DNA from: Phoronis australis
Lineage: Eukaryota; Animalia; Phoronida
NCBI GenBank assembly: GCA_002633005.1
Contig: NMRA01000714.1
Span: 1 to 55,283 of the forward strand
Direction: 5' to 3'
Length of the DNA: 55,283 bases
The position numbers and the translations under genes are program-made. The notes under the pieces are model-generated. The model saw only the letters and a list, made by a program, of their open reading frames with translations. It had not been told where the DNA came from and searched no databases. This document shows positions 48,181-55,283 of this stretch, one piece after another; the stretch's first letter is position 1, and each line of letters starts with the position of its first letter.

Positions 48181-50514
48181 TTAAAAATGAACGAGTTTAA
48201 AGTTGTACTAATTGAAGGTTTGAACGATGAAAATTTGAGTTCAAAGTATTTATAGAATTGTCAGGAAATAGGAAAAGCAATGGAAAAGTAAGTCAAACAT
48301 ACAGTTTCAAAAATTAAATCCAACTTATTGTAAACAATTCTGCTTTAGTGATACTCACGAAAAAACCACGGAGTCTCGCGGGATTTTAAATTATAGCTGC
48401 ATGTATTTTAAGCCTGACATTCGTCGATGAGATTCCAGAAAATAAGACATTTCTAATGCCGGTTTGTACACTTTGTTTTTGAATAGATGTAGAACATGGT
48501 AATGCCCCAGTGCATGTGTCCTATACCCTAATCAGTGTGATTTACAATCGAATGTCAACTACCAGCATTTTGTTAATGACCCTCATCTCTACGATTCTTT
48601 TGGGAAACAATGAATACATGTATATGCAACTGTGTACAGTACAGTAACTTGTTGATGACTCGAGCAAGACTAGTTTCTTCAGTGAATTGTAGTTACTAAT
48701 ACACCTGAACTGTTTGTTCAAAGTTTTTAGTAACACAATTGTCATTTTGCCATCTATGTTCTGATTCAAGTTTGTATTTGTTACTACAGTATTTTGTAAA
48801 CACATATCTTTGTTGCACTAGAGCACTTTAGTAGCTAACAGATTTGGGAGCCCATTTGCTAAGGTCATACATGTACGTTAGTTTTGAGCCATATGAAATG
48901 TATCATTGGTGCTTTGGCCAACGTAACCGTTCTACCTTTCCCGAGTTGGTATGACGTTAGCTGCTAACATGAAACTTCTGGATGATAAGGTCGTGTTTTC
49001 ATTCAACTTCACGCGGTATCGACATCGGTGTCATTTTCAAACAGCCGCGCGTGTATTAGAAGCGACAAGACAAAACTTTGATAGACGAAACAACCATGAA
49101 CTCCGAGACTGAGCCATTCATAGACTCAGCCACGAGATGAGTTACCCGGGCCTTGTAGATGGCACAGGGTTATAGAGACCTTAATCAATCAATAGTTTCG
49201 GAGCCAACGCACCATAAGCGGCTCTCCAAACTTTGTAGAAAAGTGGATAAACCTTCATCTTGTTGCTTAGGATCGCAGAGAGATAAAAGCCATTCACGTA
49301 TTAAACCACCATGAGGGTTTAAGACTGACTGCACAAGAAAATCAATAGTGGAACATGACATCTGCTCCAAATTTCAAGTTTGTTCTGGGAGAGTGCTTGA
49401 AATCGTACTCTGAAATAAATACGAGCGAGAGAACAAAATATCGAACGGACACCGAGAGACACAGCAAATCTGAAAAATTAAGTCCTCTTACCACATTTAA
49501 GCACCTCAATTTCAGTTCAGAGATAATAGTTTTCAGTTTAAATTTTCTTATTCTTCACCTTATTAACCCGCCGTATCACTGCACGTCACCGCCGCCAATT
49601 TATAAACTCCTTCTTACTCTACGATTCCTGGCAACAGGCGCATTCTAATCCCTTGTCGGCGAATCATTACAAGTGTCGAAAACAGTTGTGAGAAAGTCGT
49701 GTGAGAAATTTGTACTGCCCTTATTTCAGAAAGTATGCCTACAGTTTGTAGGATTCCAAAAGCCGAGGATGCGAGGAAACTTAAAAACAGTTTGCTTCCC
49801 TGTCAAGTATTTCACATCAAGTTAAGTCATCTATAATTCCTCAATCCCCGAGTGGTATTCCAGATTTTGTTTACCGATTTCTGAGTAGACGTCTCGTCCC
49901 GTTCACTGGTGAACTCTGAATGTCTGCACAAGTATTGTTTTTAACTCACGTGCGAAATGTCAACTAACTTGATACATCCCGGTAAAATACAGAGATACAG
50001 TATCAAAGTTTTGGCATCAGCGTAGGCCTACACAGCAATGGGTTTCATGTCAAGGCTAATTAGCAAGAGAGAAAATGGGTTCTTTGATGTGATAAATTGC
50101 TACAAATTTTCTTTTAAGACATTTTCGGGAGATGGGGAGCACAAGAAGTAAAGCTAAATAATTGTCAAATGTATCAAGAAATGGTATCAGAATGTTGTAT
50201 TGAAACGGAAAAAATGAATAACAGTTACAGAACACTCAGAATTCCACGTTATACTCTTGTAGTTGTAGCGACAGCGGAAGATCATGTGGATGCTGGGGTG
50301 GTCTGTGCCAATAGGGAGCGATGAATCAGCGCGACTTTGCGTGGTTTTGCATTTCATATCATAAAGAGTTCCATAGCAACTCGAGCATGAGTGTCAGATT
50401 TGAGTACGTTTGTAGTCAACTCGAAATGCGACACTAGATACGTTTTTTTGAGTACGACTCCAGTGAGCACGATTTTGAGTATGAGTATGCGTCTGAGTAC
50501 GAAGATTGGAGACC

Positions 50515-51747
50515 GGTCCCAGAATGACCTTCCTGTTCATGATAGAAGGAAATGACAAGATCAATTACATAATGCATATTCGGCAAAATCGCAGGATGCC
50601 TAGCATCAAAACACACATCAGCATTTTCATTACGACCACCCACGCGTAATATATCTTCTACCAACATAGGATTCAGCTTAGGCAGGGAACTAGATCTACC
50701 AATAAGCTTGTTCAATCGTTTAACCCGTGGTTGCTGAACATCATCAGACTCAATGTCTACCAACTGAGACAACTCTTGAGAAAGTACCTGTGATTGTACA
50801 TGCTTAATAATAATCTCAGAAGCCTTCCGGATTTCATCATTCATAAGGTAGCCAGATAGACAAACACTGTCCTTCGTACCAGTACAGCGGAGATACATCT
50901 TAAAACGCAATAACCAAGCAACACTTTTCAACAGCTTGTACCACCATGAATAACGCTTAAACAATCGATCTAGAGGATGATCACCAGTACAATCAACACC
51001 AGTAGAAAACACCTAAACCTCTTTCCTAAGTTCTGGATCATTCTCCGGAATATCGCTCAGTTCACCTGGAGTGCGCGGCCAGCATATAGGATCAAGCCAC
51101 AAAAAGTCTGGTCCTCTCAACCACTGCTGAATCTTATCCAGTTCAAACAGTTTCAACCCACGAGATGCGTAGTCTGCAGGATTCAAACTACTGCTAACAT
51201 GTCTCCACTGAGAAACTTCAGTATGCTCATGAATCAATGATAAACGATTAGAAACAAAGACCTTAAATCTAGACTTCGTATTTCTGATATACTGTAACAC
51301 AATGGTAGAATCAGTCCAAAATACAACATCGTCAATCTCGCACTGTATCTCATCTCTAGCAAAACAAGAGATCTTCACAGCTAAATCCGCAGCAGATAAT
51401 TCTAACCAGGGGATAGTCAAACCTTTGGAAGGAGCAACACGTGACTTTCCTAAGACGATAGAACAAAAAACATTACCACAATCGTCCAACAACCGCATTG
51501 AAGACACAACGCCATACCCAACTTCCGAAGCATCTGAGAAGCAATCTAATTGAACACAGTAACCCTCACCAAATCCAACAGATTTAAAGCAGAGAGGAAC
51601 ATCAATAACACTCAACCTAGACAAACCGTCTAACCAACCTCTCCACCGCAACAACATATCGTCTGGTATCAATTCATCCCATCCGAGTTTCATTACGCAC
51701 AATTTCTGCAAAATCAGTTTACCCGGCAAAATGAACGGAGAAGCCAT
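50515..51747 (-). pseudogene. BEL/Pao RNase H region and start of the integrase zinc-binding region
   Basis: FSDASEVGYG, KSRVAP, TIPWLELSAA, FWTDSTIVL, WRHVSSSLNPADYASRG, WLRGPDFL, then ILRVGGR...HPAILP...YHEQEGHSG, where homology stops at an unrelated GAGTAY-repeat tract. Confidence 0.93.
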
Positions 51748-53090
51748 ACCTAGGGGATCATAGGCCTACATAGAGCTTACTACTGACAAGATACCACTTC
51801 TTGTAGAATGGATGGACTTCTCTACAACACGGAAACTAAATGTGTCGCTATCAACATTCCACTGAACACCAAGAGCATATTCAACCAGCAATTTGTCAAG
51901 ATTTAAATCTGCAACTGACGGAGCCCTCTCACAATCAGGAATGTGAACAAGAATATTGCGACTGTTACTAATCCACTTAGTGAGATGAAATCCAGCTCTC
52001 GACATCATATCACGCAGCTGTTCAACTAGTTGTAGGGCTGTAGACTCCGAATCAACAGATTTCAACAAATCATCGACATAGAAATTATTACTCACGGTAG
52101 AGCACGTCAAATCATCATACTCGCCTCCGAAATCCTCAATTGTGTGTTTAACACAGTAGCTAGCAACGCATGGAGAAGACGTTGCACCAAATATGTGGAC
52201 TAACATCTGGTCGTCTACCAGATCTTAAGACAAATCATAATTAGGCCACCGCAAAAAGCGTTATGCATTACAGTCCTCACCCGAACTTGATAAAACATTG
52301 CCTCTATGTCAGAAACCAAAGCCACATGATCCTGCTTAAAACGCATCAAAACACCCACAAGGTCATAAGTCATATCTGGACCCTGTAATAATACATCATT
52401 CAGACAGACACCCTTATACTTAGCTGAGCAATTAAATACTACTCTGACCTTTCCAGGTTTCGCAACAGGATGGTGGGGGAGATACCTTCTGAGCTCTGGA
52501 TCACCATTAACACTGTCGTTCTCTGAAACGACCTTTGCATGACCTTTATCAACATAGTCATTAATCGATTTCTTATAGATCTCAAACAACGAGCTATCTT
52601 TATGAAATCTTTTCTTCAAAAGACGCAATCTTGCTTGTGCAAGTTCCTTATTGTCAGGTAAATCTGTTTTCTCATTCCTCCAAGGTAACGCAACAAAATA
52701 GTGACCTGTATTATCCCAAGAAATCGAACTCTCATATAGCTGTTTACGTCTACCGTTGCGTTCCTCGAAAATCCATTGTGCCTCTGGTACATCAGAACCA
52801 ATGATAATAACTACTTCACAACGAGACTGTGCCAACTCGGGAATCTGAAAACCATGAAGATCACTAGTAGGAATGCATGAATCAGAAATGGTCAACTTAT
52901 CAATCAGTAATTATTGAACCAACGATCAGATTAAGTTCAAACCCTTTACGCTTAACAGTATTTATAACCGTCGTTAACGTGTATTCTTTTGGAACAGCAT
53001 CAACTCCTAGCTGATCTACTAACTTACGACTACACGACGAGACATCTGATTCATCATCCAACAAAGCATATGTTAGAACTCAATTTTTAC
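51748..53090 (-). pseudogene. BEL/Pao protease and reverse transcriptase remnants
   Basis: TYALLDDESDVS (~53040-53080), IIIGSD, YLPHHPV, KVRVVFNCSAK, LLQGPD, SDIEAMFYQV, HIFGATSSP, FYVDDLL. Confidence 0.93.
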
Positions 53091-53115
53091 TTTTTCTCGA
53101 CTTAACAACAACTGG

Positions 53116-54560
53116 TCAACATTTGAGCTTCACATTACAGCTGCTGCGTACTGAGTTACAAGCACTAGAATTACCAATTTCCTTACATTCAGTTGCCGTA
53201 CTTTCAGCATTTGAAACACTTTCGTCAGCAGGAAGTTCTGTCCGTGTGAAACCAGGATCATGCATCAAGGAGTGATGTTCTTTACCGCAACCATCAACAC
53301 TGCAAATTACCTTGACTCTGCAATACTTAGAGATGTGACCCTGTTTCAGACAAACAAAACATGTTCTTGCCTGACGAATGGTTTTCTTCCTACCTTCAAG
53401 AGAGTTATGAACAAACCTCGAACAAGTCAATAGATCATGATCGTTTGTCTTACACAAGGAACAGAATTTCTTATCTACAGCATTACCCTGTGACTGTGTG
53501 GCAAAAGACATTTTATCAACAAGTGACTGAGTTTTAGCAACTTGCTTTTCAAATCTATACTTAGATTTTGAACCAACAATCCAGAGTTTTAGCTACTCTA
53601 GCCTTAGACTAAATGAAGTCAGTTAAATCTGAGAACTTTGGCTCTACACCTTGTTTATCCATAATACCAGTAGCACGTTCTGCCCACTTAACTAGCATAT
53701 GAAATGGCAAACGCTTCACAATTTTGATCAAAGTGTCTGAGAAATTCAAATCTGACTCATAATTCACTTGTTCCAGAGTGAGCATGCCTCTCCTCATGAG
53801 CACAGCTAAGTCTGAGAGAGCTACACTGTTAGAACCATCAATGACTGGACCTTGGTTCACCTGCTTAATAAACGCATGAGCTATAACATGTTTCTGACCA
53901 AAATTGTCATATAACATCGCTCTTGGTTTTCTGTAGGCAAGCTCGGAGTAACCAAAAACAGAGCAGTTTCAATACACTGTCTTGCTTTCCCTTTACACTG
54001 TTGCAAAAGATACATTAGCTTAGACTGACTATCACTAACTCTAGATTCAGTATTAGCCTCAAAATTTCGACTAAAATACCAATTCTCAGTTGGATTGCCA
54101 TCAAATGTAAGCAGTTCTTTTTTCGGCATTTCAAACCCTTCTCTCAAAGTTTCCGCGAGGTGCTTCATAACTTCCGGTAAACCAGAATACGACCACGGCG
54201 CCTCTTGCGGGAAACTAAGGAACAGAGCTGCAACAGCCTTTGGCTCTGCTCGGGGTCTGGGAGTGCTAGTATCCTTAGCACCGGCGCCAAATGGAGTATT
54301 CATTGGCGAGACTTCATTATCGGCGGCTAACGTGGCTTCTTGAAGCTGCATTTCCATGCGAAGCATTTCTTCACGCCTAGGTAATTCAGCCTCTTCCTCC
54401 ATCTGTTTCAGTGCTTCACGCTCTCTCTCTATCTCATGAAGCTGCTGCCTTTGCTTTAATTTCAGTTGTGCAAGTGCTTTCCTAGAGTAGACCTCCTTCA
54501 TGTTTTTTGACGATTCTTCGTCCCCCAACAGGTAATTTTTCACACTCTCCATCACACTCT
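53116..54560 (-). pseudogene. BEL/Pao gag remnants with three Cys/His knuckles
   Basis: LLTFDGNP...KLMYLLQQCKGKA, IVKRLP...W, CSLCKTNDHDLLTC, CFVCLKQGHISKYC, CSVDGCGKEHHSLMH. Confidence 0.9.
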
Positions 54561-55283
54561 CTCTTTCGGCTTCAGCCATCTCACAGTTAAGAGAGTTTAT
54601 TGAGAACCAATGTAAGTGTTGGCAATTCAAGAGGAGTTAATGGCTTTAAGTATGCTTTATTAAGAGACTTGAAACATTTCTCATTTATATTCTCACAAGT
54701 CTTCTCTGTTTCAGTTCTACAAAAATAGAAACAAAACTGCTTAGCAAAAATTCACAAATATAGACAAAATGCAAATTCAAAAATACCAAATACGAAAATA
54801 CCATTATAGTAAATGAAATTACCTCAACACTGCCGCACCCATCCTCTCCTCTCTAAATCAAGTCAGCACACACACCAGTTCATACTCAATGGGGCTATTC
54901 GGAGAATTCTCCTCGCGGTGTCGCTGCTGTACTAGTGGTGATTGAATTGCGCATGCGTGGCTGTCTGCATGTAAACAACTGGTAAAAGATGGAATTTTTA
55001 TTAAAATACGTCGTCGCGCTAAGCCTTATTACTGCTAATTTCCCTGGTGCAAGTCTTCGACAGGTGGCCACAAATTCCCAAAAGACCTAAGATTAGTATA
55101 TTCGTGGACAATTGCGGTCAACAGGGTCAACTAACTGACAAAAAGTGTGTGGATGGTGAAGCCCCGTGTGTTCTCTATGACTAAGCAGTTCCATTCGGAG
55201 ACTACACAACATTACTTGGTAAGTTTTTAGCAATCAGTTTCTGTCAACATCGTTCGGTGATGTTATCCCCACCAGTTACCCCA

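Larger units (their letters stand above)
50515..54560 (-). mobile_element. Decayed BEL/Pao LTR retrotransposon internal region; integrase truncated, no LTRs recognised
   Basis: Domain order gag - zinc knuckles - protease - RT - RNase H - integrase N-terminus on the minus strand, with multiple stops, frameshifts and deletions. Confidence 0.95.

Noticed and set aside
49185-49370. Protein-like minus-strand ORF (DFLVQSVLNPHGGLIREWLLSL...)
   Set aside because: No family recognised and no supporting exons; possibly a decayed fragment, but not supportable without a search.

Overview
AT-rich eukaryotic DNA, probably from a marine invertebrate (inferred from spliceosomal introns and the repeat repertoire). 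I recognise no ordinary host gene: the window is a dense nest of transposable elements, and most ORF-track entries are spurious. Main structures: (1) two inverted copies of a ~5 kb TTAA-flanked, Sola3-like DNA transposon derivative (1360-6288 and 40906-45924) bracket a 34.6 kb interval. (2) An Academ-like foldback element (7710-16633) contains a Kolobok element (9210-14183; perfect 19 bp TIRs, TTAA TSD). The Kolobok has a KolX/P2X7-ballast-like gene, a THAP exon and the transposase C-terminal exon, but has lost its catalytic core. (3) A second Academ remnant (23959-27126). (4) A head-to-tail Helentron/HINE-like dimer (19566-22080). (5) Two direct copies of a non-autonomous Kolobok-type element. 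(6) A decayed BEL/Pao retrotransposon (50515-54560), plus a LINE 3' end, a tRNA-SINE, a tRNA-containing solo LTR, MITEs and satellites. Comparing paralogous copies also shows recurrent TA->TACATGTA / TAGGCCTA / TACTGTA micro-insertions that look like transposon excision footprints. Family names come from recalled motifs, not database searches.
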